Notes: generated by a model not told the origin, from the sequence alone. A stretch of 64,000 bases of DNA from Candidatus Heimdallarchaeum aukensis (GCA_021513695.1 CP084166.1:2176001-2240000); one strand, 5' to 3'; numbered from the stretch's first letter, positions 1 through 9,892 are shown. Made by a program: numbers and translations.

Positions 1-181
1 TCCTAAATTTCCTTCTTAAATATTTTTTCACCTCTAAACCTTTTTTCGAAAAATGAAAATAAAACTGAACTACAACAAATTTAAAATAGGCCTCTAATGT
101 CTTATTTACTTGGAGAAAACCGTGCGGTTAGTTAGCTATTTCCGCTTCCTTTCGGTAAATTATTCTCTGGACATTGTGTAG

Positions 182-883
182 GTGGTCTGTATGGCAATTG
201 AAAAAGGAACAATGCTTAAACTTAATTACATCGGAAAAAGAAAATCAGATAATTATGTGTTTGATACAACATTGGAAGATGTTGCAAAGAAAGAAGGAAT
301 TTATGATGAGAAAGTGATTTACAAACCTTGTCTAGTAGTAATTGGAAAGCATTGGATGCCTGTAGGGTTGGAAGAACAATTAATTGGACTTAACGAGGGC
401 GATAAGAAAACAATTGAAGTAGAGGCAAAGCAAGCTTTTGGACTTCACGATAGGTCTAAAATCCGTCTAATTCAGAGACGAGAGTTTCAAAAGTTAGATA
501 TTAAGCCAAAAGCTGGCATGGAGGTTGAGATTACTGGTCAAAAAGGGCGAATTATGAAAGTTGACTCTTCAAGAGTGAAGGTTGATTTTAACCACCCCTT
601 AGCAGGAGAGGATGTAGTGTATGAAGTAGAGATAGTAAAAATTATCACAGATGTAAAAGAACAATTTGTTGCGCTATTAGAACGAAGACTGCCTGGAATT
701 GACTTTTCTGGAACAAAAATTGAAATAGAAGGAAAGATTCTTGTAGTTGAACTTCCTCCTCATTCAAGGTTCCTTGAATATATTCAGTTTACAAAAAATG
801 CAGTAACACGCGATATATCAGAATTCGTTAAAAACAAAATAGATAAAGTAAAATTCATTGAATTCTATGATATCGATAAATGA
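182..883 (+). CDS. FKBP-type peptidyl-prolyl cis-trans isomerase (archaeal long-type FKBP/SlyD-like)
   Basis: The 233-aa ORF has an N-terminal FKBP fold signature (KGTMLKLNYIGK...VFDTT...IGKHWMPVGLEEQLIGLNEGDKKTIEV) followed by an insert-in-flap/C-terminal domain, typical of archaeal 26-kDa FKBPs. Confidence 0.8.
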   Translation: MVCMAIEKGTMLKLNYIGKRKSDNYVFDTTLEDVAKKEGIYDEKVIYKPCLVVIGKHWMPVGLEEQLIGLNEGDKKTIEVEAKQAFGLHDRSKIRLIQRREFQKLDIKPKAGMEVEITGQKGRIMKVDSSRVKVDFNHPLAGEDVVYEVEIVKIITDVKEQFVALLERRLPGIDFSGTKIEIEGKILVVELPPHSRFLEYIQFTKNAVTRDISEFVKNKIDKVKFIEFYDIDK

Positions 884-890
884 GCTGTTA

Positions 891-1334
891 CTATTCTTGT
901 TTTTCTACTTCCACTTCCACTAGATCATAGCCTAATGGGCAATCAACTTTTTTGAACTCTTTTTTTATCTTGACTTTTCTAAATCCTTGTTCAAGATCTC
1001 TAATACACTTTTCATAGTTTTCACAGAAAATCTCGTCACATTCAATTGGTTCTATTGTTAAAGTTAGTCCTTCCATCACTGGAAGATTCTTTTCTTTTTT
1101 TATTATTATAACCGGGTTTATTTCCTCAACTTTACAAACGACCATCTTTGTTTCATCAATAAGACAAACATGTTCCTTCTTCTTTATTTCAACCACTTTG
1201 TAATTTTTGCCTTTTACTAAAGCATCAATACAAACTGATCTCAGTTTACATTGGGCGCATTCTGGCAGTTCCCCAACATGAGAAAAAACGTAACCAAGGT
1301 TAGCAACGTTCTTTGGGATAAGTGTAATTTTCAT
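891..1334 (-). CDS. UPF0179-family small archaeal protein with conserved Cys pairs
   Basis: The 147-aa ORF reads MKITLIPKNVANLGYVFSHVGELPECAQCKLRSVC... with a C-terminal CxxxxC...CP pattern, resembling the archaeal UPF0179 family. Function is unknown. Confidence 0.45.
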   Translation of the reverse strand: MKITLIPKNVANLGYVFSHVGELPECAQCKLRSVCIDALVKGKNYKVVEIKKKEHVCLIDETKMVVCKVEEINPVIIIKKEKNLPVMEGLTLTIEPIECDEIFCENYEKCIRDLEQGFRKVKIKKEFKKVDCPLGYDLVEVEVEKQE

Positions 1335-1454
1335 GAATGGTTTTTTTGTAAAAATTTTATAAAGTTTAGGAAAGAAGGAAAATTAATTGAGTTTTTTATA
1401 GAAAAAAGAATAAAATCCGGTGATGACGGTTTTATAATTCTTATATGATGTCTC

Positions 1455-1520
1455 TACTAGACTATCAAGGACTATCGATAGTGATAGAGTACTATCAGAA
1501 CTATCATTGATATCATCATT
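1455..1520. promoter_or_regulatory. Array of direct ACTATC repeats plus inverted GATAG copies in the divergent intergenic region between the UPF0179 and PUA genes
   Basis: ACTATC occurs at 1461, 1471, 1491 and 1500, and GATAG (the reverse complement of CTATC) at 1477 and 1483. Spacings of about 10, 20 and 9 bp match helical phasing, and the array sits between two divergently oriented starts. Confidence 0.3.
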
Positions 1521-1617
1521 GAATTAATCTTTCTTTTGTGCAAAAAGTGAAATTTGTTTCTGTCGAAGAATATAAATACGTATCTTACTCCTTTTTTTTG
1601 AAATTAACAAATTAATT

Positions 1618-2127
1618 TTGTGTATTCCAATGAAGTTAAAGAAAAGAAATTTCTTATCAAATAAAGAAAAAAAGAAATTGTATGAAGAATTATCCTCTAC
1701 ATTTGGTGATAAAGCTTTTCACTTTTTTAATAAAAATGACAAACTTGAATCCGCTATCTCTGACAAAGGAGAAAAATTGATATTGAAAGATGGTAGGATC
1801 TGGTTTTTTTATTATAATGATAAGTTATATCCTACAATTCGATGTCTAAGAGGAACAGGAATTGATATTTCTTCAGCTGTTGTAGACATTGGAGCTATTA
1901 AATTTATTCTAAATGGTGCGGATATTATGGCTCCAGGAGTCATTTCTTTTGAAAGTGGGATAAAAGCTGGTGATTTTATTACTGTTAAAGAAGAAAAAGC
2001 TAAAAGCATCATAGCTGTTGGGCTATCTTTAATTAACTCGGAAGATTTTGATAAAGGAAAGAAAGGTAAGATAATAAAAAATCTTCACTCACTAAAGGAT
2101 GAATATTGGAACTTTCAACTAGATTAA
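1618..2127 (+). CDS. PUA-domain protein (MCT-1/Tma20-like, DUF1947+PUA)
   Basis: The 169-aa ORF has a C-terminal PUA-like segment (GADIMAPGVISFESGIKAGDFITVKEE...IAVGLSL). The true start may be the internal MKLKK at 1633. Confidence 0.55.
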   Translation: MCIPMKLKKRNFLSNKEKKKLYEELSSTFGDKAFHFFNKNDKLESAISDKGEKLILKDGRIWFFYYNDKLYPTIRCLRGTGIDISSAVVDIGAIKFILNGADIMAPGVISFESGIKAGDFITVKEEKAKSIIAVGLSLINSEDFDKGKKGKIIKNLHSLKDEYWNFQLD

Positions 2128-2205
2128 AACATCTTTTGTTTAATTTTTGCAATTTAAAACTTGGAATGAAAACTATTATAAGTTTAATAAATAAATAACT
2201 TTTGC

Positions 2206-3276
2206 ATGACAGATGTAATAAATGAGTTTAAACATGTTGAAATGCCTCAGCTCTTATCTCTTGGAAAAAACATGATTAGTGAATTCCCACAAATTTTGGA
2301 AATACTGAATATTGGCAAAAGTTGTGTCTTAATCACTGATAAATTTCTAAAGGATAAGTTTGCTAAACAAGCTAAAGAAATTCTTGAAAATAGTGGTGTA
2401 AATGTCACTCTATCTACAATTGATGACAGTACTTTAACAGAAGTTGACAAACAGCTTACTATTATCAATGAAACAAAATCAGAATTTGTTATCGGTATGG
2501 GTGGAGGAAGACCAATAGATGTCGCAAAATTATCTTCTTTTAAAGCTGGGTTAAGATTTATTTCTGTTCCTACTATCGCTAGTCACGATGGTATTGCTAG
2601 CTCCAGAGCTTCTCTAAAAGGGGTTAATGAAAGGCATTCTGTATCTGCAAGACCTCCAATAGCTGTAGTTGCAGATACAGAAATATTAGATAAATCACCT
2701 TATCGTTTTACCGCTGCTGGGTGTGGGGATATTTTAGCTAAAAAAACTGCAATCAAAGACTGGTTACTTGCGTACAGATTGAAATATGAACCAATTTCTC
2801 CAACAGCCATCTCTCTGTCAGAAATGACTGTACAGTCAATCACCGAAAATGCTAGCATAATAAGAAGTAAAGCAGAAGGATACAGTCGAATAGTTGTTAA
2901 TGCTTTGTTAAGCAGCTCTCTTGCTATGTGTGTAGCAGGTTCCTCAAGACCTGGAAGTGGTGCAGAGCATATGTTTAGTCATGCCCTCGATGAAATAGCT
3001 GAAAAACCAGCTCTACATGGAGAGCAAACAGCACTAGGATCCATCATAATGTCTTATCTCCACGAAGGAGAAAAAGGCTCTCAAAAACAAATAGAAACAA
3101 TGAAAATTATAGGCTTACCAGTAACTGCAAAGGAATTAGGAATAAAAGATGAAGAGATAATTAAAGCTCTAGAGATTGCTCACAAAATTAGACAAAGGTT
3201 TACAATTTTAGGCTCTGATGGTTTAACACATGAAGCTGCTGTTAATGCGGCTCTAAAAACAGGTGTTATTAGCTAA
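2206..3276 (+). CDS. egsA: Glycerol-1-phosphate dehydrogenase [NAD(P)+]
   Basis: The 356-aa ORF carries the GGGRPIDVAK nucleotide-binding motif and HDGIASSRASL, and has iron-containing ADH-like topology. This is the archaeal lipid-backbone enzyme family. Confidence 0.85.
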   Translation: MTDVINEFKHVEMPQLLSLGKNMISEFPQILEILNIGKSCVLITDKFLKDKFAKQAKEILENSGVNVTLSTIDDSTLTEVDKQLTIINETKSEFVIGMGGGRPIDVAKLSSFKAGLRFISVPTIASHDGIASSRASLKGVNERHSVSARPPIAVVADTEILDKSPYRFTAAGCGDILAKKTAIKDWLLAYRLKYEPISPTAISLSEMTVQSITENASIIRSKAEGYSRIVVNALLSSSLAMCVAGSSRPGSGAEHMFSHALDEIAEKPALHGEQTALGSIIMSYLHEGEKGSQKQIETMKIIGLPVTAKELGIKDEEIIKALEIAHKIRQRFTILGSDGLTHEAAVNAALKTGVIS

Positions 3277-3414
3277 CTAGATTAAATGTAGTTTGAAGTA
3301 TTTAAAATAGAAAAGTCTGGAAAATATACACTTTACTGAATAGTAAGCTTAAGGCAATTTTCACAAATAGTTAATTAGAGCTCCTTTAAACTCTCAAGTT
3401 GACTTTAATTTGTA

Positions 3415-4863
3415 CTAAAAAGCATCTGTGTAAAGTTTTTCTAATTTTACGATAAAATCAGACCCACTAGGATAATTGTCTTGAAGAAAAATTTCTCCTC
3501 CAAAAGTATCTAAAGTTATTTTGATGAGGAAAAGGTTCATACCCCCTTTGTATAATCTCTTTTTATAATCTCTATGAAAAATTTCTTTTTTTTCTTTACT
3601 TGGTATTCCAATACCGTTATCCTTCACATGTACGAAAACATAGTTTTCTTTTTCCTCAACTTCAATCCAAACTTTAGCATTCTCTCCCGCATGGTGAACT
3701 GCGTTGCTTATTAACCCATAAAAAACAGAAAAAAGGAATTTATTTGCTTTTACAAAGATTTCTTTGTCCAATCCATACACGCACACATTTTCGAAAGCTA
3801 CTGCTGCAGCTTGTAAAACTTTTAGACTTATTGGTTTAATTTTGTCATCTACTAAAAATCCTTCTACAGCACCGATGTTAAATATTTTCTCTCTCATTTT
3901 TTTAATTCTATCAATTATCATCTCTTTAAACATAGAATCATTAGATTCAGAAAACATTTCTATGGCCGTCTCTATTACTGCAAGATCATTACGTAAATCT
4001 TGTTTCATTACATTAGTAAATGTTACAAGTTGTTTATTTACTCTATCAAGTTCCTCATAAAGCAAACGATATTGCTGTCTTTCTTGAATTATAGCAGAGA
4101 CCGTTTTAAAATTTAGGATATTTTGTTTAGATAAGATAATCCCTATTAGAATTGTACCTAAATATAAAAGATTGAATCCCCTGTAAATTTGCAAAAATAT
4201 CTCTCTTTGAAAGATTAAATACTTGAAAAAATAATAATCGCTAACAGTGAGCATAAGGTATGAAATAATCAAAAGCCCCCAATAATTTTGAGATCTCTTT
4301 GAATATATTGTAAAAAGAATTAAGAGGAGAATAAAAAAGGTAAAATCAAAAACCAAGAAAACTAGTAAAATGAATAGATCAAATTTTATTAGATGGTTGT
4401 TAGAAGCTATTTGAGAAAAATTGTTAACAATTTGAACAAAAAAGTCAAGGTATTGAACACTTAACAATAAACCGATAAAAATAGTCATCAATATTTGCTC
4501 ATAAAGATTTTTAAAATCATTCACGATTTGCTGGAAAATGATGAATAAAACTGGTATATAGCTAATGAATAAAATAGAATTCGCTAAAGAAAAAGAAATA
4601 GAATTAGCAAAAATTGAACTAATGATGAGAGAAACTTGAGAAAGCAAAACAAAAAACATAGACATTCCCAAAGCTTTAACAAAAATTTTCAGATTTCTAT
4701 CATGTATTCTTTTTGTAGAAAGACCAAGAACGCAAGCAGTACAAGAAATTACTAGGGTGCTTAGAAACAAAATACAATTTCCAACATTTTTTTTAAAAAT
4801 GGCGCTTAAAACAGCAATAGTATAAAGTAATGAACTTATTATCAGTATAGTGATGCGTTTCAT
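3415..4863 (-). CDS. Membrane-bound sensor histidine kinase
   Basis: The 482-aa ORF has about 8 N-terminal TM helices, a coiled-coil/DHp-like segment and a C-terminal HATPase_c (LISNAVHHAG...VKDNGIGIP...GGMNLFLIK...GGEIFL). Confidence 0.7.
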   Translation of the reverse strand: MKRITILIISSLLYTIAVLSAIFKKNVGNCILFLSTLVISCTACVLGLSTKRIHDRNLKIFVKALGMSMFFVLLSQVSLIISSIFANSISFSLANSILFISYIPVLFIIFQQIVNDFKNLYEQILMTIFIGLLLSVQYLDFFVQIVNNFSQIASNNHLIKFDLFILLVFLVFDFTFFILLLILFTIYSKRSQNYWGLLIISYLMLTVSDYYFFKYLIFQREIFLQIYRGFNLLYLGTILIGIILSKQNILNFKTVSAIIQERQQYRLLYEELDRVNKQLVTFTNVMKQDLRNDLAVIETAIEMFSESNDSMFKEMIIDRIKKMREKIFNIGAVEGFLVDDKIKPISLKVLQAAAVAFENVCVYGLDKEIFVKANKFLFSVFYGLISNAVHHAGENAKVWIEVEEKENYVFVHVKDNGIGIPSKEKKEIFHRDYKKRLYKGGMNLFLIKITLDTFGGEIFLQDNYPSGSDFIVKLEKLYTDAF

Positions 4864-5292
4864 ACTATCATTTTGTATTCAATTTGGATTTTAATAGTCA
4901 AATAACTAAATAAAGTTACTGCTCTAAATTGAGAAAAAATAGACTATTGAGTTCAAATAAACTACTAATGGTACTTTTACCTTCTTTTTTTCTGTTGATA
5001 AACACTTTTTAGTCTAGTAAGGAATAAATTACTACTGAGTAAAAAGAAGACTCAAAGAATCTTATTATTAAAGAATTATCGCTGAATTAACTGAATTTTT
5101 TCAATAAATCTTAGATGTTTTGTTACAGGAAATTAGAAAATACACTACTATAGTACTATTTGCTTTAATTGAAAAATTCTCTATTATATAATTAAATCCA
5201 TTGAAACGATAAAGTGAACATAGTGAGGAGCAGAAGTAAAGAATTTGTTGTTTTTTAAAATACTTTAAATATTTATATTACTATTATGAATT

Positions 5293-5454
5293 ATGACCTT
5301 AGAGGTAATCGCTGTTCGTTTACCAGAAAAAATTGTTTCAAGATTAGACCTCCTAGTTTCTCAAAAAGGATATACCTCTCGTGGAGAAATTATACGCGAT
5401 GCTCTACGTTATTACTATATTAATCACTTTTCCAAAAAAAATGAAGAGAAATAA
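5293..5454 (+). CDS. Ribbon-helix-helix (CopG/NikR-like) small DNA-binding protein
   Basis: The ORF track's 60-aa cutoff hides a 53-aa ORF, MTLEVIAVRLPEKIVSRLDLLVSQKGYTSRGEIIRDALRYYYINHFSKKNEEK. It shows the classic RHH pattern: a beta-strand (IAVRLPE), helix A (RLDLLV), G, helix B (RGEIIRDALR). Confidence 0.45.
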   Translation: MTLEVIAVRLPEKIVSRLDLLVSQKGYTSRGEIIRDALRYYYINHFSKKNEEK

Positions 5455-5495
5455 AATTAATGTTAATTTTATTCTCGAACTTTTGCATTGTATTT

Positions 5496-6749
5496 TTATT
5501 TTGAGCCTAAGAACTTAGCCTTTTCTCCTAATTGTTCTTCTATTCTTAAAAGTTGGTTATATTTTGCAGTTCGTTCTCCTCTTGCCGGAGCACCAGTTTT
5601 TATTCTTTCTGCGCGAATAGCGACAGATAGATCGGCAATAAAAGTATCTTCTGTTTCTCCAGACCTGTGACTTATATTAATTCCCCAACCATCACTTCTT
5701 GCTAACTCTGCTGCCTTAATTGCTTCTGTTAAAGAGCCTATTTGATTGACTTTTAATAACAAATAATTAGCAGCTTTCTCTTTAATTGCCATCTTAATAC
5801 GTTCAGGATTTGTCACAGTTAGATCATCAGCAACTATTGATATTGATGGATGTTTTTTCAAAAGCTCTGCAAAAGATGTAAAGTCATTTTCATCGAATGG
5901 ATCTTCTAAGGATATAAGAGGATACTTTGTAATTAGTTCGCTATAGTAATCAATAAGTTCATCACTTGGGATTTTCTTTCCATCAATTTCATATAGACCA
6001 TTTTCATAAAACTCTGAAGCTGCAGCATCAAGACCTAGTGAGATTTCAGTTTTTGGTTCATATCCAGATTCTTCAATAGCTTTAATTAACATATCAATGG
6101 CTTCTGGTGCAGTATCAACAGGACTACCAAAACCTCCTTCATCACCCAAATTTATTGCTGATGGACCAAACTTTTTCAAATTCTTTTTTAGTGTTTGATA
6201 TACTTCACAAGATGAACGGAGAGCTTCTCGGAAACTTTTAAAACCATGAGGAATAAGCATGAATTCTTGTATCTTTAAGTTTCCCCCAGCATGTTTTCCT
6301 CCATTAATTACATTTAACATTGGAACAGGTAAAGTATATGCTTCACTGTTTAATGATTTATAAAGAGGTAACTTTTTACTATTGGCTGCTGCTACAGCAA
6401 CGGCTAGTGATACTCCCAAAATAGCGTTTGCACCTAATTTTGATTTGTTTGGTGTTCCATCAAGTTCTAACATTAACTTATCTATCTCTTCTTGTTTTGT
6501 GACTTCATAACCAATAATTTTTGGAGTAATGATCTCTTTAATATTGTTTATGGCTTTTAAAACTCCTTTTCCATGAAAACGGGAATCTTTATCTCTCAAC
6601 TCAAGAGCTTCATGTTCTCCAGTAGACGCACCCGATGGTACTTTAGCTCTTCCAAAAGCTCCGTTGTCACAATATATATCTACTTCAACAGTGGGGTTTC
6701 CACGGGAATCAATTATTTCTCTAGCAATAATTCTTTCAATTTTTGACAT
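5496..6749 (-). CDS. eno: Enolase (phosphopyruvate hydratase)
   Basis: The 417-aa ORF starts [24 protein letters not shown]... and contains SHRSGETED and [13 protein letters not shown], which are canonical enolase motifs. Confidence 0.95.
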   Translation of the reverse strand: MSKIERIIAREIIDSRGNPTVEVDIYCDNGAFGRAKVPSGASTGEHEALELRDKDSRFHGKGVLKAINNIKEIITPKIIGYEVTKQEEIDKLMLELDGTPNKSKLGANAILGVSLAVAVAAANSKKLPLYKSLNSEAYTLPVPMLNVINGGKHAGGNLKIQEFMLIPHGFKSFREALRSSCEVYQTLKKNLKKFGPSAINLGDEGGFGSPVDTAPEAIDMLIKAIEESGYEPKTEISLGLDAAASEFYENGLYEIDGKKIPSDELIDYYSELITKYPLISLEDPFDENDFTSFAELLKKHPSISIVADDLTVTNPERIKMAIKEKAANYLLLKVNQIGSLTEAIKAAELARSDGWGINISHRSGETEDTFIADLSVAIRAERIKTGAPARGERTAKYNQLLRIEEQLGEKAKFLGSK

Positions 6750-6841
6750 GTATTAAAATTGATAAGCTAAAAATTAAAGTCTTTTGATTAATTTCCTTTT
6801 TAGTCAAACAGTTTAATAATGTTTAATATATTTTTAAACCA

Positions 6842-7846
6842 ATGAACTTTAAGAAAAAACTTAAGTTAAGTGATATCGGAGAAAAACAGTTCTTAAAAGA
6901 AATCTTTGCATATATTGATACCCCTTCTGTGCTTGAAGTAAATGATGACGCTTCAGCTTTTTCCATTTCAGAAAATAAAGTTCTCTTAATTAATGCAGAT
7001 ATGCTTGTGTCTGAAACAGATGTATTGCCCGGCACCTCTTTAAAACAAATAGGGAAAAAGGCAGTAACTATGTCAGTTAGTGATATAATTGCTAAAGGTA
7101 CTTTTCCTCTTGCTTGCCTTGCTAGTGTTTGTTTTCCACCCTCGCTAGATGTAACTGATGCAAATGAAATATTAATTGGAATTAAAGAAATGGCAACGGA
7201 GTACAATTCTCTTTTCTTAGGAGGAGACTTAAATCAAAGTAATGACATTATAATAGATATAATTTCATTTGGAATAACTCAACCTAATAATGTTATACCA
7301 AGAAAGGGTGTAGAACCAGGAGATGTTCTATTTACTACAGGAACATTTGGGTGGACAGCGCTGGGGTTTAAGATCCTTCTAGAAAATATGTGTGTGGAAG
7401 AAGAATATAAAATTAAATCACTAAAATCTGTCTATGAGCCAAGAGCAAAATTGGAATATGTAAAATTATTTGAATCTCTTCCAATTAAAGCAAGTATTGA
7501 TTCATCAGATGGGTTATACTCCTCAATTTATGAGCTATTATCTATTAATAATCTAGGATTTTCTTTAACTCATCTTCCAGTAGACAAAAATTTTGTTTCT
7601 TACTGTGAAAAAAAAGGGCTCAATCCCTTGGAACTTGCAATGAACGGTGGAGAAGAATTTGAAATATTATTTGCTGTTGACAAAAAAGATAAGGATAGTT
7701 TAATAAAAGAAGCAAAAAGAATGAATTTATCTCTGATAGAGGTGGGATATTTCACCTCTAACCCCTTAGAACTAAATATTGAAGATAAACTAGGCGAAAT
7801 TTACTCGTTTAGCAAAAAAGGTTTTATTCATTTCAAGAAAAGTTAA
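6842..7846 (+). CDS. AIR-synthase-related (PurM-like) protein, likely thiamine-monophosphate kinase ThiL
   Basis: The 334-aa ORF aligns motif-by-motif with ThiL: EVNDDASAF ~ GIGDDCALL, KKAVTMSVSDIIAKGT, FLGGDLNQS ~ LIGGDTT, SIDSSDGLYSSI ~ AIDLSDGL. Confidence 0.5.
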   Translation: MNFKKKLKLSDIGEKQFLKEIFAYIDTPSVLEVNDDASAFSISENKVLLINADMLVSETDVLPGTSLKQIGKKAVTMSVSDIIAKGTFPLACLASVCFPPSLDVTDANEILIGIKEMATEYNSLFLGGDLNQSNDIIIDIISFGITQPNNVIPRKGVEPGDVLFTTGTFGWTALGFKILLENMCVEEEYKIKSLKSVYEPRAKLEYVKLFESLPIKASIDSSDGLYSSIYELLSINNLGFSLTHLPVDKNFVSYCEKKGLNPLELAMNGGEEFEILFAVDKKDKDSLIKEAKRMNLSLIEVGYFTSNPLELNIEDKLGEIYSFSKKGFIHFKKS

Positions 7847-7949
7847 ATTTTTTATTGCTCATTTGTAAACCTCAGTAATCCAATTAGTTGTTCAAAATCA
7901 AAATATTTAAAATAAAACTTTTATCACTCGTACTTGGTTGTGATAAGAT

Positions 7950-8363
7950 TTGAGTACGAAGAGATATAGATTTCAAGGCTATACAATAGATGAATTAAAA
8001 GCAATGGCTTTAGATGAAGTATTACCACTATTACCTTCAAAAAGAAGAAGAAGCCTTTCAAGAGCAGAGTTCTGGACACCTAGACGAAAGAAATTATTAG
8101 AGGATATCAGAGAAGCTGCTGAAGCTTTACAACGTGGAGAAAAGAAAATTGTTAGAACCCATGTTAGAGATTTTCCAATTATCCCTGAGATGATAGGATT
8201 AACTATTGCCGTTTACAATGGTAAAGAGTTTATAGAAGTCTTAGTTCAGCCAGAAATGATTGGAATGGTCTTAGGTGACCTAAGTCCAACAACAAAAGTA
8301 GTAAGGCATGGAGCTCCTGGTATAGGTGCTACAAAATCATCATTATATGTTCCACTTAAATAA
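7950..8363 (+). CDS. rps19: 30S ribosomal protein uS19 (S15e)
   Basis: The 137-aa ORF ends ...VRTHVRDFPIIPEMIGLTIAVYNGKEFIEVLVQPEMIGMVLGDLSPTTKVVRHGAPGIGATKSSLYVPLK, the hallmark C-terminus of S19/S15e. The start appears to be TTG. The gene is isolated from any S10/spc-type cluster. Confidence 0.85.
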   Translation: MSTKRYRFQGYTIDELKAMALDEVLPLLPSKRRRSLSRAEFWTPRRKKLLEDIREAAEALQRGEKKIVRTHVRDFPIIPEMIGLTIAVYNGKEFIEVLVQPEMIGMVLGDLSPTTKVVRHGAPGIGATKSSLYVPLK

Positions 8364-8490
8364 CTTTTTACTTTCTTCTTTTCTAAAAGCGACAAAATTG
8401 GAAATTCTGGCAATTTATTTGAAATACTTTTTGTATATTTTTGTTTTTCGAGATTAATTTTAAAAGTGAGCTAGATATTGTAAGCTTATA

Positions 8491-8871
8491 ATGGTTCCGC
8501 CAAAAGAAGATGAATATACAGATAACCCAAGGTTAACTAAGGCTTTTAAACGATTAGAGAAAAAATTGACCATTGAAATACTCTTTCTTTGGGTGATTAG
8601 ACTTTTAAAAGATGGTCCTAAATATGCATATGAACTAAAACAAGAATTTCAAGACCGTTTTGGTTTTAGTCCTGCCACTGTAACAAATTATACTGTATTG
8701 TATCTATTAGAAAAAGAGGGTATAGTTAAACGAACCGAAGTTGTAGTAGATGATGAAAGAATTGATAGAAAATATTATGCATTAACAGAGTTAGGCGAAA
8801 AATTGTTTGATGAGTGCAAAATCTTTTTAGAGAATACATTTTCAGTCTTATTCTCTGACCTAAAGTCTTAA
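8491..8871 (+). CDS. PadR-family winged-helix transcriptional regulator
   Basis: The 126-aa ORF contains GPKYAYELKQEFQDRFGFSPATVTNYTVLYLLEKEGIVKRTEVVVDDERIDRKYYALTELGEKLF, the PadR signature (GYEL...G.lYP.L..LE..G...). Confidence 0.6.
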   Translation: MVPPKEDEYTDNPRLTKAFKRLEKKLTIEILFLWVIRLLKDGPKYAYELKQEFQDRFGFSPATVTNYTVLYLLEKEGIVKRTEVVVDDERIDRKYYALTELGEKLFDECKIFLENTFSVLFSDLKS

Positions 8872-8946
8872 ACCAAAATCACGAATAAACAGATTTTTAA
8901 ATATTCTCTCTTTTTTTTGCTCGATGACAATGCAGGTGATTTTTTA

Positions 8947-9225
8947 ATGCCAAAAAAGAGACGATCTGGAGGTAGAACAAGAGGGAAAAAAGGTATAGGA
9001 ACCCAAGTATCTTGTGCTGCTTGCGGACAACTTGTAGAAAAATCGAAAGCAAAGAAGTTTACCACTTATTCAAGTGGTATAGAATACAAGTTAGCCAAAG
9101 AAATACAAAGTGAAGGTGGATACATACCACGACAGAAGAAAGTTCAATATTATTGTGTTTCTTGCGCTATACACCGTCATAAAATTCGACCAGGTAGAAA
9201 AAGAGAAGAAAGAAAACGCAGATAA
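8947..9225 (+). CDS. rps26e: 30S ribosomal protein eS26
   Basis: MPKKRRSGGRTRGKKG...VSCAACGQLVEKSKAKKF...YYCVSCAIHRHKIRP is the S26e zinc-binding signature. The start is taken at MPKK rather than the upstream in-frame 8917. Confidence 0.85.
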   Translation: MPKKRRSGGRTRGKKGIGTQVSCAACGQLVEKSKAKKFTTYSSGIEYKLAKEIQSEGGYIPRQKKVQYYCVSCAIHRHKIRPGRKREERKRR

Positions 9226-9286
9226 TTGTTTTTCTTCAATTTTCTGCCTTTAACTTTGATCGATTTTTCTTTATTTCTGCATTTTT

Positions 9287-9892
9287 TTGGTGATATTCTT
9301 GGATAAATCATTAATATTTCTTCTACCCACTTTCTCCGTAAGGTGTACAGAGAAAAAAAGTTTGAAAGCGTTAACTGGCGGATTTGAAAGAGTAGATGTT
9401 TTAGCTCGTTGTTTGTTAAGCACTTTTAAGTGGAAACCGAGATTAAATTTTGATGTTATTTTTATGATATACTTTGCACATTCTGAAGAAAAAAAACTTT
9501 TACAGATAAAATTGTCAGATATTAATAGAAACATAGTAAGTGAGGTTGATGCTTTAGGCACATTGATAGATATTCTTAACAACGCTGTAAAAGAAAATAA
9601 ATTTGAAGAAATTTCGTTTAAAAAACTTTTAAGTTCTATATCTAAAAAACACTATGAACTTTTTTATCTAACCTCTGAAGGTCAAAAAATAGGCGTTGAA
9701 TTAAAGAGCGATGATTATGAAAAAAATTTGTGTTTTATTCTCGGGAGTCAGGATGATTTATCTTCTGATCAAGAAACCATCTTAGAAGCACTTAAAGCCA
9801 GGAAAATTAGTCTGGGCAATAAAGAATATCTCGCTTCTCATGTAATAACTATAGTCTGCCATCACCTCTCTTTGTTAGAGAATTTATCCTAA
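9287..9892 (+). CDS. SPOUT methyltransferase, TrmY-like (tRNA pseudouridine54 N1-methyltransferase family, DUF358)
   Basis: The 201-aa ORF contains GGFERVDVLARCLLSTF and a C-terminal ...YLASHVITIVCHHLS, resembling the TrmY/DUF358 core (GR.DL..RC...). This was recalled from memory, not searched. Confidence 0.45.
   Translation: MVIFLDKSLIFLLPTFSVRCTEKKSLKALTGGFERVDVLARCLLSTFKWKPRLNFDVIFMIYFAHSEEKKLLQIKLSDINRNIVSEVDALGTLIDILNNAVKENKFEEISFKKLLSSISKKHYELFYLTSEGQKIGVELKSDDYEKNLCFILGSQDDLSSDQETILEALKARKISLGNKEYLASHVITIVCHHLSLLENLS

Noticed and set aside
1251-1448. 65-aa plus-strand ORF overlapping the UPF0179 gene start
   Set aside because: Short and featureless. It overlaps a well-supported gene and its upstream region.
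6823-7206. 127-aa minus-strand ORF overlapping the start of the ThiL-like gene
   Set aside because: It has no motifs. The sense-strand ORF has the conserved PurM-superfamily motifs, and the overlap would also collide with the enolase promoter region.
8917-8946. N-terminal extension of eS26 (MLDDNAGDFL-) and the analogous upstream start of the ABC ATPase (30578)
   Set aside because: Both conserved families begin at the internal Met (MPKKRR for S26e; MSTEFIRVENL for the ABC ATPase). The upstream in-frame codons lack family conservation and overlap likely promoter sequence.
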